Part shown: piece by piece, positions 18,462 to 29,448 of the stretch
Layout of the letters: each line of letters opens with the position of its first letter
How positions within the stretch are numbered: position 1 is the stretch's first letter
Position numbers and translations under genes: made by a program
The notes under the pieces: generated by a model
The model's input: only the letters and a program-made list of their open reading frames with translations
Told to the model about the DNA's origin: nothing
Databases searched by the model: none
NCBI GenBank assembly: GCA_963664435.2
Contig: CAXXKM010000002.1
Span: 416,001 to 480,000 of the forward strand
Length of the DNA: 64,000 bases
Direction of reading: 5' to 3'
DNA from: Longimicrobiales bacterium
GTDB lineage: Bacteria > Gemmatimonadota > Gemmatimonadetes > Longimicrobiales > Gaopeijiaceae

Positions 18462-20411
18462 TCAGGGCACCCGCACCGCCGTGTAGGCCGGGTCCATGCG
18501 CGCGAATCCCACGTCGTCCAGCACCACCTCGCCCGCGACCGCCCGGTCGAAGACCAGCCCCACTTCCCTGAGGTCGGCCAGGCGAAGCCCCGGAGCCGCC
18601 TCCACGAAGTCCGCCAGCGGAATCGAGTAGCTCTGCAGCAGCAGCTCGAAGAGATTGGCGAAGCGATCCTCCTCCAGGTCGCGCCGCCGCAGGACCCGCA
18701 TCTCGAGAGGCTTGCGCACCGGCCCGTAGCGGCTGAGCGGCAGGGAGGCGACGGTCCCGCTCCCATCTCGCGCGACGATGCTCGCGTCGATCGGTTCGTC
18801 CTCCGTTTCCTCGTCCTCGTCGGCTGTTTCGCGGCCTTCCTCCCTGTCACCGGAGTCGCCCGCATCGTCGGCTGCCTCGTCCCCCGCGCTGCGCGGCCCC
18901 GGCTCGCCCCGGGTGACCGCCAGCGACAACTCGAGCGAGGCGTCGGGCCCGAGCTCCCACTCGGAGGCGAGCGTCCCGGGCAGCTCGATGATGTAGGCCG
19001 CGGGCGGCCCCAGCGTGTCCGCCCCCGCGATGCGGTTGTTCCAGCCCAGCCACACGGCCTGGTTGTCCTGGGATGCCGAGGTTTCCGGCCGGTTGCTCGA
19101 CCGCAACCCGATGCGGGCCTCGCGCCAGGTCGACAGGCTGTCGCCGCGCAAGCGAACCCCGGGATGGGTTCCCGAGGTGACGTCGATGTCTTCCTCGAAA
19201 TCGGCCAGCGTGCGGAAGCTCTCGGTCTGGAAGCGGGTCACGTACATGGTCTTGGGCAGCCACCCGCCGATCACCCGGTGATCCCGGAACATCGGCAGAT
19301 AACGGCTGTCGTCCCGCAGCGTGGTCTCCAGGAAGGCCGAGATGTAGATCTCCGCGAAGCGCCGCTGGTCCTCACCGGGCATGAGCGCGCGCAGGTCCAG
19401 GATGCGCCCGCTGCGGGGGCCGTTGTCATGTGCCCCCCACACCGTGTTCCACTGTCCGTGGTTGGCGCGGTAGACCCAGATGGCGGTCTTGAGGCGCGGC
19501 CGGCCGTCGGTGAACTTCACGCGCTTGTACAGGCGCAGGCCGTGAAAGCTGGTCACGTCGCCGTCGTGCGATCCGTGGAAGACCATGTAGTTGACGTTCT
19601 CCACCGGCACGAAACGGCTGGTGGGCAGGTATTGCCCGTCCACCGGTGCGATGGCGATGATCGCGCGGATGTCGTAGTCGAAGTCGAACTCGAGGGACGC
19701 GTCGTCGGGATAGCGGTCCAGGCGGTTGAAGGCCGCGGCGTGGCCCACCGCCTCGCCGCCCCGCGAATGCCCGATGAGGGCGATGCGCTCCATGTCGACG
19801 CGCCCGTGGAAGAGGTTGTCCTCGTCTTCGTTGAACCCCTTCCAGACTCCGACGTGCTGCAGCAGGAACCAGCCCCGGGCGTCGTTCTCGCCCCGGATGC
19901 CGCCGTTGATGAAGTTCATGTCCACCGACGCCAGGATGTATCCGCGGCTTGCCAGCAGCTCTCCCAGGTAGTCGTAGCCGGGGTCCGAGAAGTCCCGCAT
20001 GTTGTGGTTGCCGTGCACCACCAGCACCAGCGGGAAGGGCCCGTCGCCGACCGGATACCAGACGCGCGCGTTGAGCGGGAAGCGATCCGGCTCGAAGCCC
20101 CAGTAGCTGTTGCGGCTCTCCGCGGACGAACCGAGGTCGACCAGCTTCGAGGCATCCACCGGCTCGGTCAGGTAGGTGACCGAGTCCCGGTACTCGGCCC
20201 GGTTCCTGTCGGTGCCGCTGCCGTAGTAGAGGGTGCGCACCTCATGAGGGCCGCGCCGACCGGGATCGGGCGCCTCCAGAAGCTGGCGCGAAAGAACCTC
20301 GTCCGCGTCGCTGGGGGCGAGCTCCAGCGGCCCGCGGCAGCTCGCGGTGAGAAAAAGTGCCAGGATCCCGACCCATCTCGGGGACGTGCGAACGTGGCCG
20401 GATGGTTGCAA
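18462..20411 (-). CDS. Alpha/beta-hydrolase lipoprotein
   Basis: AGGAGG plus TTG start; lipobox LTASC; GPFPLVLVVHGNH and GHSRGG. Confidence 0.85.
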   Translation of the reverse strand: MQPSGHVRTSPRWVGILALFLTASCRGPLELAPSDADEVLSRQLLEAPDPGRRGPHEVRTLYYGSGTDRNRAEYRDSVTYLTEPVDASKLVDLGSSAESRNSYWGFEPDRFPLNARVWYPVGDGPFPLVLVVHGNHNMRDFSDPGYDYLGELLASRGYILASVDMNFINGGIRGENDARGWFLLQHVGVWKGFNEDEDNLFHGRVDMERIALIGHSRGGEAVGHAAAFNRLDRYPDDASLEFDFDYDIRAIIAIAPVDGQYLPTSRFVPVENVNYMVFHGSHDGDVTSFHGLRLYKRVKFTDGRPRLKTAIWVYRANHGQWNTVWGAHDNGPRSGRILDLRALMPGEDQRRFAEIYISAFLETTLRDDSRYLPMFRDHRVIGGWLPKTMYVTRFQTESFRTLADFEEDIDVTSGTHPGVRLRGDSLSTWREARIGLRSSNRPETSASQDNQAVWLGWNNRIAGADTLGPPAAYIIELPGTLASEWELGPDASLELSLAVTRGEPGPRSAGDEAADDAGDSGDREEGRETADEDEETEDEPIDASIVARDGSGTVASLPLSRYGPVRKPLEMRVLRRRDLEEDRFANLFELLLQSYSIPLADFVEAAPGLRLADLREVGLVFDRAVAGEVVLDDVGFARMDPAYTAVRVP

Positions 20412-20632
20412 GACCCCCCTCCTGCACGCAGAATGCGCTAACGGCAGCGCGATGCTCGACGGTAGCCCGGACGAAGGCCGGGAGCAGCATTCTAGGTGTC
20501 CCCGGCCACCTCGATCAAGCGGCCCGCCGAAGCGGAGCGCATTCAGGAACCTTTCGCCGGATGAAGCGATAGGAGCCTTCCGCGCTTGCGCCGCCGAAAG
20601 TGTGTCGGCAGCTCTAAAACCTGGGGTGTCAC

Positions 20633-21526
20633 GTGAGTCGGGAGCGACGCTTGCAGCAGATGGGGGGTGGGTGGAGACGGGGGATCGGCGGCGGCGCGCT
20701 CGCCGTGGCGGGCATTTCGGCTGCCGCGTTCCTCGCCGGTGGACCTTCCCTGCGATCCACCGGAGCCGAACTCCCGATCCCGGCCGGCCATCCGCCCGAC
20801 GCGACCGGCGGAGAGGCTGGGATCGCCGGGGCCGCACAGCAGGGACGCCCCCTGCCCATGCACGAGTTCTACTTCACCCGCGTGGCGTACAGCGGCGGCG
20901 GCGGGGGCTTCCGGCGCTGGCGGCGGCAGTCCTGGGCGACGGACTATCCCAAGTCGGACCGCCAGTTCCTGATCGTGGCGGAGCGCCTCACCGGGCTGGA
21001 CATGTTCATGGAGGCACATCCCCGGGAGCTCACCGACGAGCACCTGAACCGCTTCCCCTTCCTCTACGTCCTGGAGGTCGGCGGCATGTCGATGACTCCG
21101 GAGGAAGCCACCGCCCTGAGGGAATTCCTCCTGCGGGGCGGCTTCCTGGTGGTGGACGACTTCTGGGGCACGCGCGAGTGGGAGATTTTCGAGTACGAGA
21201 TGCAGAAGGTCCTCCCCGAATACCCGATCGTCGACGTTCCGCTCGAGCACGAGATCTTCCACACCTTCTACGACATCGACGAGATCGTCCAGGTACCCAA
21301 CGTCAACAACGGCAGGAGGGGGGGAGCCACCTGGGAGCGGGACGGCTATGAGCCCTTCGTGAAGGGCATCTTCGACGAAGAGGGGCGGCTGATGGTGATC
21401 ATCAACTGGAACACCGATCTGGGCGATGCCTGGGAGTGGGCGGAAGACCCCTACTATCCGCTCAGGTATTCCACCTACGCCATCCAGATGGGCGTCAACT
21501 TCATCGTCTACGCGATGAGCCACTGA
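20633..21526 (+). CDS. DUF4159 domain protein
   Basis: WATDYP, LLRGGFLVVDDFWG, NTDLGDAWEW, GVNFIVYAMSH; start uncertain. Confidence 0.85.
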   Translation: MSRERRLQQMGGGWRRGIGGGALAVAGISAAAFLAGGPSLRSTGAELPIPAGHPPDATGGEAGIAGAAQQGRPLPMHEFYFTRVAYSGGGGGFRRWRRQSWATDYPKSDRQFLIVAERLTGLDMFMEAHPRELTDEHLNRFPFLYVLEVGGMSMTPEEATALREFLLRGGFLVVDDFWGTREWEIFEYEMQKVLPEYPIVDVPLEHEIFHTFYDIDEIVQVPNVNNGRRGGATWERDGYEPFVKGIFDEEGRLMVIINWNTDLGDAWEWAEDPYYPLRYSTYAIQMGVNFIVYAMSH

Positions 21527-21539
21527 CCGGGCCCCGGAC

Positions 21540-23825
21540 GTGCTTACCAGCCTCTTCGAGTTCCTCTTCAAGTATCGCCCGGTCGTCTTCCAGGAGGGCG
21601 ACTTCTCGCTGGGCGTGGCGGGCGCGGTCGCGACCGGCGCCGTCGTGGCGAGCCTGGTCGCCGTCCTTGCGCTCCTGACCTACCTGGGTGTGCGCGGCAA
21701 GACCCGGCCGCTGGACCGGCTGGTCCTGGGCGGGCTCCGGTTCGCGGGGCTGGCGGTGCTCGTCTTCTGCCTCCTGCGCCCGGCCCTGGTGGTCTCGACG
21801 GTGGTGCCGCAGCAGAACTTCGTGGGCGTGCTCCTGGACGACTCCCGCAGCATGGAGATCCAGGACTACGACGACCGCTCCCGCGGCGCCTTCCTTCAGG
21901 AGACCTTCGGTACGCCGGATTCCCCGGTTCTTTCCGCCTTGTCCGACCGCTTCGCGGTGCGCTACTTCCGCTTCTCCTCGCGCACGGAACGCATCGAGGA
22001 CTTCTCCGAGATGAGCTTCATGGGGAGCCGAACACGTCTCGGCCCGGCGCTTGAGCGGGCGCGCTCCGAACTGGCCTCGGTGCCGCTCTCGGGCCTGGTC
22101 CTGGTCACGGACGGAGCCGACAACTCGGGCGAGGAACTGACCGAGGCCCTGATGCCGCTGCAGGCGCAGGGGATTCCGGTATACACGGTGGGCGTGGGCG
22201 AAGAGAACTTCCAGCGGGACATCCAGGTCAGCCGCGCCGACCCGCCCAGGACGGTGCTCGCGGGATCCTCGCTGGTGGTCGACGTGGTCGTCACGCATAC
22301 GGGCTACGAGGGCGAGACCGTCTCCCTGTTCGTCGAGGACGAGGGACAGATCGTCAGCACCGAGGAGGTCGAGCTGCCGGATGACGGCCAGCCGGTCACG
22401 GTTCCGGTTCGCTTCACGGCATCCACACCGGGCGCACGCGCGTACACCTTCCGCGTTCCCGTGGCGGTGGACGAGCAGGTCACGCAGAACAACAGCCAGA
22501 CCGCGCTGGTGAGCGTCGAGGACCGTCGCGAGAAGATCCTCTACTTCGAGGGGGAACCGCGCTACGAAGTGGGGTTCCTGGGGCGGGCCGTGGCGGACGA
22601 CGACAACCTGCAGCTGGTCGTGTTGCAGCGCACCGCCGAGAACAAGTTCCTGCGCCTGAACGTCGACGACGGGGAAGAGCTGCAGGGCGGGTTCCCGGAT
22701 ACCCGGGCGGAGCTGTACGCCTACCGCAGCCTGGTCCTGGGGACGGTGGAGGCAAGCTTCTTCACCGGCGATCAGCTGCAGATGATCGCCGACTTCGTGG
22801 ACAAGCGCGGCGGGAGCCTGCTCGCGCTCGGCGGACGCAACTCCTTCGCCCGCGGCGGCTACGCGGGCACGCCTGTCGCGGACGTGCTGCCGGTGGTGTT
22901 TTCCGACGCGGACGCGCGTCCCGACGGCTATTTCGCCCGCATCCGCGTCGAGCCCACCCAGGCCGGGCTCGGCGTTCCCGCGCTTCAGCTGGCCGGCACC
23001 GAGGAGGAATCCGGTGCCCGCTGGTCGGAGTTGCCCCTCCTCCTGACCTACAATCCGCTGCACCGGGTGAAGCCGGGAGCCACGACGCTGCTCCAGGGAA
23101 TCGCGGAGGATCTGCCGGAGGAGCATGTGGCGCTCGCATTCCAGCGCTACGGCGCGGGCAAGAGCCTGAGCCTGGCCGTGCAGGACACCTGGATCTGGCA
23201 GATGCAGCTCCCGCTCGAGGACGACACCCACGAGACCTTCTGGCGGCAGATGCTGCGCTGGCTGGTGGACGGAGTGCCCGACCAGGTGACGGCGCAGGTG
23301 CCCCGGGACCGGGCGGAGCCGGGCGAGAGCGTGGTCCTCACGGCGACCGTGAACGACTCGAGCTATCTCGGAATGAGCAACAGCGTCGTGGAGGCGACGG
23401 TGACCACCCCGCTGGGCGAGGAGGTGGAGCTGGGGATGGACTGGGCCGTGGACAGCAACGCGGGGGAGTACGAGACCGACTTCACCCCTTCGGAGGAGGG
23501 ACTGCACACGCTGACCGTGCGCGCCTACGCCGGAGACGACCTGATCGGCGTGGACGAGGCGTACTTTCAGGTGGCGCCCCAGCGGAGCGAATACTTCGAC
23601 GCGGGGGCGCGCACGCCGCTGCTCGAGCGCATCGCCGACGAGACCGGCGGAATCTCCTACACGCCGGAAACGGTCGGCGCGCTCCCCGAGGACATTCGCG
23701 TGACCGGCGCAGGCGTCACCCTGGTGGAAGAGATGGACCTGTGGGACATGCCGATCCTGCTGCTCCTTCTGCTCGTGCTGATCCTGGGCGAGTGGGGCTA
23801 TCGCCGATTGCGGGGGCTGGTGTGA
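21540..23825 (+). CDS. vWA plus glutamine-amidotransferase-like membrane protein
   Basis: LLDDSRSM MIDAS, VTDGADN, FWRQMLRWL, C-terminal EWGYRRLRGLV. Confidence 0.85.
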   Translation: MLTSLFEFLFKYRPVVFQEGDFSLGVAGAVATGAVVASLVAVLALLTYLGVRGKTRPLDRLVLGGLRFAGLAVLVFCLLRPALVVSTVVPQQNFVGVLLDDSRSMEIQDYDDRSRGAFLQETFGTPDSPVLSALSDRFAVRYFRFSSRTERIEDFSEMSFMGSRTRLGPALERARSELASVPLSGLVLVTDGADNSGEELTEALMPLQAQGIPVYTVGVGEENFQRDIQVSRADPPRTVLAGSSLVVDVVVTHTGYEGETVSLFVEDEGQIVSTEEVELPDDGQPVTVPVRFTASTPGARAYTFRVPVAVDEQVTQNNSQTALVSVEDRREKILYFEGEPRYEVGFLGRAVADDDNLQLVVLQRTAENKFLRLNVDDGEELQGGFPDTRAELYAYRSLVLGTVEASFFTGDQLQMIADFVDKRGGSLLALGGRNSFARGGYAGTPVADVLPVVFSDADARPDGYFARIRVEPTQAGLGVPALQLAGTEEESGARWSELPLLLTYNPLHRVKPGATTLLQGIAEDLPEEHVALAFQRYGAGKSLSLAVQDTWIWQMQLPLEDDTHETFWRQMLRWLVDGVPDQVTAQVPRDRAEPGESVVLTATVNDSSYLGMSNSVVEATVTTPLGEEVELGMDWAVDSNAGEYETDFTPSEEGLHTLTVRAYAGDDLIGVDEAYFQVAPQRSEYFDAGARTPLLERIADETGGISYTPETVGALPEDIRVTGAGVTLVEEMDLWDMPILLLLLLVLILGEWGYRRLRGLV

Positions 23826-24853
23826 AGGACGTGCGCCGGCGGGTGGGACGGGCGTGGGTCGCCGCCGCCATGGGGCTGCTGGCGGCGAGTTCGGCCGTGG
23901 GGACGAGCGCCCAGCAGACGCATCTCGTGGTGGTCGGCGGAGCGAGCGGCACAGCGGAGTTCCGTGAGCGATTCCACGAGTGGGGGCTCACGGTTGTGCG
24001 GGCGGCGGTCGACAGGCACGGCCTCGATCCCGCGGACGTGGTCTGGCTGGCCGAGCGGCCCGAGATGGATCCGCTGATCGACGGGCCGTCCCGGCGAGAG
24101 AACATCGAGGCCGTTCTCGGGGAGTTGAGCGAGCGGGCAGGCCCGGACGACGCCGTCATGATCGTGCTGATCGGACACGGCACCTCCAGCGGAAACGAGT
24201 CGCGCTTCAACGTGCCCGGGAGGGACTTGAGCGCCACCGACTTCGCCTTCCTGGTGGAGCGGTTCGGGACCCGCACCGTGGTGTTCGTCAACACGGCCAG
24301 CGCGTCGGGCGCCTTCATAGCGGAGATATCCGGTCCGAACCGGACGGTGATCACGGCGACCCGCTCTCCCCGGGAGGGCAACGCCACCCGCTTCGGCGGG
24401 TTCTTCGCCGATGCCTTCGCGGGCGAGGTGGCCGATACCGACAAGGACGAGCGGGTGTCGGTGCTGGAGGCCTTCGCCTACGCCCGCAGGGAGGTCGAGC
24501 GCAGCTTCGAGGAAGAGGGCCTGCTCGCCACCGAGCACGCCTTGCTCGACGACAACGGGGACGGTGAAGGCAGCGACTTCGAGGGAGAAGACGATCTGGA
24601 CGGAGCGCTGGCGCGCACCGTCTTCCTCTCCCGGGGAGGAGGGCGGGTGACGGAAGCGGAGATCGCGGCCGATCCGGAACTTGCGGCGCTCTACCGGCAG
24701 CGTCAGGAGCTCGAGGAGCAGATCGCCGCGCTCACCGCGCTGAAGGACACCATGGATGCGGAGCAGTACGAGGCGGAGCTGGAGGGGCTGCTGGTGGAGT
24801 TGACGCTGACCACGCGGGCGATCCGGGAGAGGGAAGGGGGAGGCGGACGGTGA
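23822..24853 (+). CDS. Secreted caspase/C13-like fold protein
   Basis: VLIGHG, ITATRS, EHALLDDNGDG. Confidence 0.7.
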   Translation: MKDVRRRVGRAWVAAAMGLLAASSAVGTSAQQTHLVVVGGASGTAEFRERFHEWGLTVVRAAVDRHGLDPADVVWLAERPEMDPLIDGPSRRENIEAVLGELSERAGPDDAVMIVLIGHGTSSGNESRFNVPGRDLSATDFAFLVERFGTRTVVFVNTASASGAFIAEISGPNRTVITATRSPREGNATRFGGFFADAFAGEVADTDKDERVSVLEAFAYARREVERSFEEEGLLATEHALLDDNGDGEGSDFEGEDDLDGALARTVFLSRGGGRVTEAEIAADPELAALYRQRQELEEQIAALTALKDTMDAEQYEAELEGLLVELTLTTRAIREREGGGGR

Positions 24854-27513
24854 GGGCTGACTTCCGCCCGCGGGCGTCGGCGCGCGCTGCGTTCCTGCTT
24901 GCGCTCGCGATCGCTCCTTACGTGGCGGCGCCGCTGGCCGCGCAGGACGAGGCGAGCGCGCTTGCGGCGCTGGCGAGCGGAGAGTACGACGACGCCATCG
25001 GCCAGTTGCGGCGTCTCGCACGTGGCCGCGACGCCAACGTGGCAGTGCATCGCGCGCTCGCCCGCGGTCTCGCCGAGGTGGGACGCTACGAGGAAGCGGA
25101 GGAAGCTGCCCGCGACGGCCGCGAACGTCACGGAGCCGCGCTCGAAAACGTGCTCGGCGAAGTGCTGGTGGCCAGGGGGCGCTACCGGGAGGCGGAGGCG
25201 AGCTTCCGCGCGGCGATGGCGGGAAATGCCGACGACGAGGTCACCGCCCGCGTAAACCTTGCGGAGTTGCAACTGCGTACCGGGCAGCGCGACGAAGCCA
25301 TGCGCGCCTTCGACGGCTTCATCGACTTCTACAACCGGACCACCTCGCTGTCCTCGGCCGAGCTCACCGCGGTGGGCATCGCCGTGCGCCACCTGGGGGT
25401 GGAGGAATCGCCACTGCTGCAGGACGCTCTGCGGGCCTTCGACGAGGCCGTGGCCGCGGACCCGTCCAACCCGGAACCGCACCTGCGCACGGGACAGCTC
25501 TTCCTCGACGCGTACCGGAGCCCCGACGCGCGCGAATCGTACCAGCAGGTGCTCGCCCGCAATCCCCGGCATCCGCTGGCGATCCTGGGGATGGCGCTGG
25601 CGCTCGAATTCGACGGCTCGCCCGAGGCCATGGGCACGGCGCGCGGCGCCCTCGAGATCAACCCCAACCTGGTGCCGGCGCGGACTCTGCTGGCGCGCCT
25701 GCATCTGCGTCTGGAGGACTACGCGGCGGCCGAGGAGGAAGCGCGTGCCGCGCTGGAGGTCAACCCGTCGTCGCTGGAGGCGCTCTCGGTGCTGGCGGCG
25801 ACCTGGTTCCTGCGCGACCGCAACGCCGACTTCGCGGCCGTTCGGGAGCAGGTGCGCGAGCTGAACCCGCACTATCCGGGTCTCCTGAATACCGTGGCCG
25901 ACATGGCGGTGCAGACACGCCGCTACGCGGACGCGGTCGCGCTCGCGGCCGAAGCGGTGGACGTCGATCCCTACTCCTGGAAGGCACGCGGCATCCTCGG
26001 CATCAACCAGCTGCGGGTGGGCGCGATCGAAGAGGGCCAGGCCGAGCTCGAGCGGGCCTTCGCGGGCGACCCCTTCAATCCGTGGTACAAGAACACCCTC
26101 GACCTGCTGGACACCTTCGAGCGCTACCGCATCACCGAGACCGAGCACTTCCTCATCGCCATTGACGGGCGGGAAGCGGAGCTGCTGGCCCCGAAGGTGG
26201 CCGTGCTGGCCGAGGAAGCCTACCGGGCCCTGGCCGAACGCTACCAGTACGAACCGCCCACGCCGATCCGGCTCGAGCTCTTCCCCAGCCACGCGGACTT
26301 CTCGGTGCGGACCGTCGGGCTCGCCGGCCTCGGGGCGCTCGGAGTGAGCTTCGGCTCGGTGGTGGCGATGGACTCCCCCTCCGCGCGCGACCGCGGCGAG
26401 TTCAACTGGGCGTCGACCCTTTGGCACGAAATCGCCCACGTCTTCCACCTGGCCCTCTCCAACCACCGGGTGCCGCGCTGGCTCGCCGAGGGGTTCGCGG
26501 TCTACGAGCAGCGCCGCGGGGCGCCCTCCTGGGGGCACAACCTGAACCCGGGCTTCCTGATCGCCTACAACCAGGGCCGGGTCCTGCCGGTCAGCCAACT
26601 CAACAACGGCTTCGTGCGCCCGAGCTATGGGGACCAGGTCGTGCACTCCTACTACCAGGCGTCCCTGGTCTGCGAGCTGATTGCGCGCGATCACGGGCCC
26701 GAGGCGCTGGTGGCGATGCTCCGCGAGTACGCGGCGGGCGCCACCACGGAGGAGGTGTTCGAACAGGTGCTGGGCACGGAGATCGAGCGCTTCGACCGGA
26801 TCTTCACGGACTACTTCGAGGATCGCTTCGCCGGGTCACTGGCGTCGGTCGAGCCCCTGCCCGCGCTGGCCGAACGGGGCTCCCGCGCTCCGGACGAGGT
26901 GGCGCGGCTGGCGGCGGCCCATCCCGACAATTTCATGGCGCAGATGGCGATGGGCGCGCAGCTCTTCGATGAGGAGAGGCTGGACGAGGCCGAGGAATAC
27001 CTGGCGCGCGCCCGAGACCTGTTCCCGGAGTACGCCGGGCCGGGCAGCCCGGGCTGGCTGCTCGCGCGCATCTACGCCCAGCGGGGCGACAGCACGCGCG
27101 CGCTTCGCGAGATCGAGACCCTGACCAGGATCGACGAGTCCTTCCTGGAGGCGAACCTGGAGGAGGCGCAGCTCAGGGAAGCGGCCGGGGACGGCGACGG
27201 AGCCATCGAAGCTCTGCAACGGGCCGTGCACATCTACCCCTTCGACGAGGAAACCCACGGCCGGCTGGCCGAACTGGCCGCCGAGCGCGCCCTCCATCCC
27301 CTGGCCGTGCGTGCGCGAGAGGCTCTGGTGGCGCTCGATCCCGTGGACATGGCCGGGGCGCTCTACCAGCTCGCACTGGCGCACCACCGCGCCGGCGACA
27401 CCGCCAGCGCCCGCCGCACGGTGCTGCGCGCGCTGGAGCGGGCGCCCAATTTCGAGGCCGCCCAGGACCTGCTGATGACCCTGCGCGGCAGCCCGGAGCC
27501 ACAACCATGGTGA
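24850..27513 (+). CDS. TPR-repeat protein with MA-clan peptidase domain
   Basis: TPR-like helices; HEIAH and PRWLAEG. Confidence 0.85.
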   Translation: MRADFRPRASARAAFLLALAIAPYVAAPLAAQDEASALAALASGEYDDAIGQLRRLARGRDANVAVHRALARGLAEVGRYEEAEEAARDGRERHGAALENVLGEVLVARGRYREAEASFRAAMAGNADDEVTARVNLAELQLRTGQRDEAMRAFDGFIDFYNRTTSLSSAELTAVGIAVRHLGVEESPLLQDALRAFDEAVAADPSNPEPHLRTGQLFLDAYRSPDARESYQQVLARNPRHPLAILGMALALEFDGSPEAMGTARGALEINPNLVPARTLLARLHLRLEDYAAAEEEARAALEVNPSSLEALSVLAATWFLRDRNADFAAVREQVRELNPHYPGLLNTVADMAVQTRRYADAVALAAEAVDVDPYSWKARGILGINQLRVGAIEEGQAELERAFAGDPFNPWYKNTLDLLDTFERYRITETEHFLIAIDGREAELLAPKVAVLAEEAYRALAERYQYEPPTPIRLELFPSHADFSVRTVGLAGLGALGVSFGSVVAMDSPSARDRGEFNWASTLWHEIAHVFHLALSNHRVPRWLAEGFAVYEQRRGAPSWGHNLNPGFLIAYNQGRVLPVSQLNNGFVRPSYGDQVVHSYYQASLVCELIARDHGPEALVAMLREYAAGATTEEVFEQVLGTEIERFDRIFTDYFEDRFAGSLASVEPLPALAERGSRAPDEVARLAAAHPDNFMAQMAMGAQLFDEERLDEAEEYLARARDLFPEYAGPGSPGWLLARIYAQRGDSTRALREIETLTRIDESFLEANLEEAQLREAAGDGDGAIEALQRAVHIYPFDEETHGRLAELAAERALHPLAVRAREALVALDPVDMAGALYQLALAHHRAGDTASARRTVLRALERAPNFEAAQDLLMTLRGSPEPQPW

Positions 27514-28337
27514 CGCGGTGGTGGGGCGGGACGGCCGCCGCAGGCGGCGCCGTCGCCGTCTGCGTGTTCGCCGCCATGGGGCTCGGCGCGCCCGGCTCGA
27601 CCGCGACGCGCGCAGCGGCGGCGCCCGCCCAGGAAGGCAACATCCCCTACGACGGCCGCTTCACCTTCGTGCGCATCCGCACCGACGTGTCGGGCGGACT
27701 TGGCAGTTCCATCGACTTCTCCGGGCGGGGCCGCCGGGGCCGGGGCCAGCCGCCCTGGGCGCACGACTATCCTCGCGCCGAGCGCAACTTCGCCAAGATC
27801 CTGACCGCGACCACCCTCGTAAACACCTACGAGGGCGGCAGCAACATCCTCACGTTCGACGATCCGGAACTCCACAACTACCCGCTGGCGTACGTCTCCG
27901 AGCCCGGCTTCTGGTGGATGGACGAGGCCGAGGAAGAAGGGCTCAGGAGCTACCTGCTCAAGGGCGGCTTCGTGATCTTCGACGACTTCGGCGGCATGCG
28001 CGATTGGTCCAACTTCGAAGCCCAGATGCTCAGGGTCCTCCCCGAGGGGATATTCTACGACCTGTCCGACCTCAACCCCCTGCCGTCCGTCTTCGACTCC
28101 TTCTTCGAAATCTCCGAGCCCGAAGCTCTTGCGCCTCCTTACAGAGGCGGCTGGCCGCAGTACCTGGGCATCTTCGAAGACAACGATCCCGCAAAGCGGC
28201 TGATGCTAATCGCCAACTACAACAACGACCTTGGGGACTACTGGGAGTTCTCCGACGCCGGATGGCTCCCGATCGACCTGACCAACGAAGCGTACAAGTT
28301 CGGTGTCAACTACGTCATCTACGCGATGACGCACTGA
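27507..28337 (+). CDS. DUF4159 domain protein
   Basis: WAHDYP, LLKGGFVIFDDF, GVNYVIYAMTH. Confidence 0.85.
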   Translation: MVTRWWGGTAAAGGAVAVCVFAAMGLGAPGSTATRAAAAPAQEGNIPYDGRFTFVRIRTDVSGGLGSSIDFSGRGRRGRGQPPWAHDYPRAERNFAKILTATTLVNTYEGGSNILTFDDPELHNYPLAYVSEPGFWWMDEAEEEGLRSYLLKGGFVIFDDFGGMRDWSNFEAQMLRVLPEGIFYDLSDLNPLPSVFDSFFEISEPEALAPPYRGGWPQYLGIFEDNDPAKRLMLIANYNNDLGDYWEFSDAGWLPIDLTNEAYKFGVNYVIYAMTH

Positions 28338-28388
28338 CCTCCCACCCTCCCCATTCCTCCCCCGTCAAGGGGCTCCGGAGAAACCAGA

Positions 28389-29447
28389 GTGGCATTCATC
28401 GACAAGCCCGCAGCGGGCGCCGCCGCGCCCCCCGCCCTCGAAGAGGCCGACGACGTGGCGCTGGCCGCGCGCATGACCGCCGGCCGCGATCAGATCCTCA
28501 GCGAACTGCGCAAGGTCATCATCGGCCAGGACGAAGTCATCGAGCAGGTCCTGATCACCCTGTTCGTGGGCGGCAACAGCCTGATCGTGGGGGTGCCCGG
28601 GCTCGCGAAAACGCTGCTCGTGCACACCATGGCCCAGGTGCTGGACCTGAACTTCGCGCGCATCCAGTTCACCCCCGACCTGATGCCCTCGGACATCACC
28701 GGCACCGACATCATCCAGGAGGACCCCAAGACCGGGAAGCGCACCATGGTGTTCGCCCCGGGCCCGGTGTTCACCAACATCCTGCTCGCGGACGAGATCA
28801 ACCGGACTCCTCCCAAGACCCAGTCGGCGCTCCTGGAAGCGATGCAGGAGCACCGCGTGACCATCCAGGGGCGCACCTACGACCTGGACCCGCCCTTCTT
28901 CGTATTCGCCACCCAGAACCCCATCGAGCTGGAGGGGACCTACCCGCTCCCGGAGGCCCAGCTCGACCGCTTCATGTTCCACATCATCATGGAGCACCTG
29001 CCCGAGGACGATGAACTGGAGGTCGTGCGCGAGACGACGTCGCTGCAGGACATCAAGTTCTCGCACGCCGTCACCGGCGATGACCTGATCCGCTTCCAGA
29101 AGCTGGTGCGCAAGGTCCCCGTGTCGGACGCCGTGATGCGCTACGCCGTGCAACTGGGGCGCACCAGCCGCCCCAGCCCGAACGGCACCAGCCCGGAAGT
29201 CATCAGCAAGTGGGTCTCCTTCGGGGCAAGCGTGCGGGGCGCCCAGAACCTCATTCTGGCCGGCAAGGCGCGGGCGCTCACCCGGGGACGCTACCATGTC
29301 AGCTTCGACGACATCCGCGCCCTCGCGAAGCCGGTGCTCAGGCACCGCGTGCTCACCAACTTCCACGCGGAGTCGGAAGGAATCACCACCGACGAGATCA
29401 TCGAGGATCTGATCACCCAGGTCCCGACGCCTTCCTCCGGGATGTAG
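28389..29447 (+). CDS. moxR: MoxR-family AAA+ ATPase
   Basis: GVPGLAKT, RIQFTPDLMPSD, LADEINR, EAQLDRF. Confidence 0.95.
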   Translation: MAFIDKPAAGAAAPPALEEADDVALAARMTAGRDQILSELRKVIIGQDEVIEQVLITLFVGGNSLIVGVPGLAKTLLVHTMAQVLDLNFARIQFTPDLMPSDITGTDIIQEDPKTGKRTMVFAPGPVFTNILLADEINRTPPKTQSALLEAMQEHRVTIQGRTYDLDPPFFVFATQNPIELEGTYPLPEAQLDRFMFHIIMEHLPEDDELEVVRETTSLQDIKFSHAVTGDDLIRFQKLVRKVPVSDAVMRYAVQLGRTSRPSPNGTSPEVISKWVSFGASVRGAQNLILAGKARALTRGRYHVSFDDIRALAKPVLRHRVLTNFHAESEGITTDEIIEDLITQVPTPSSGM

Positions 29448-29448
29448 C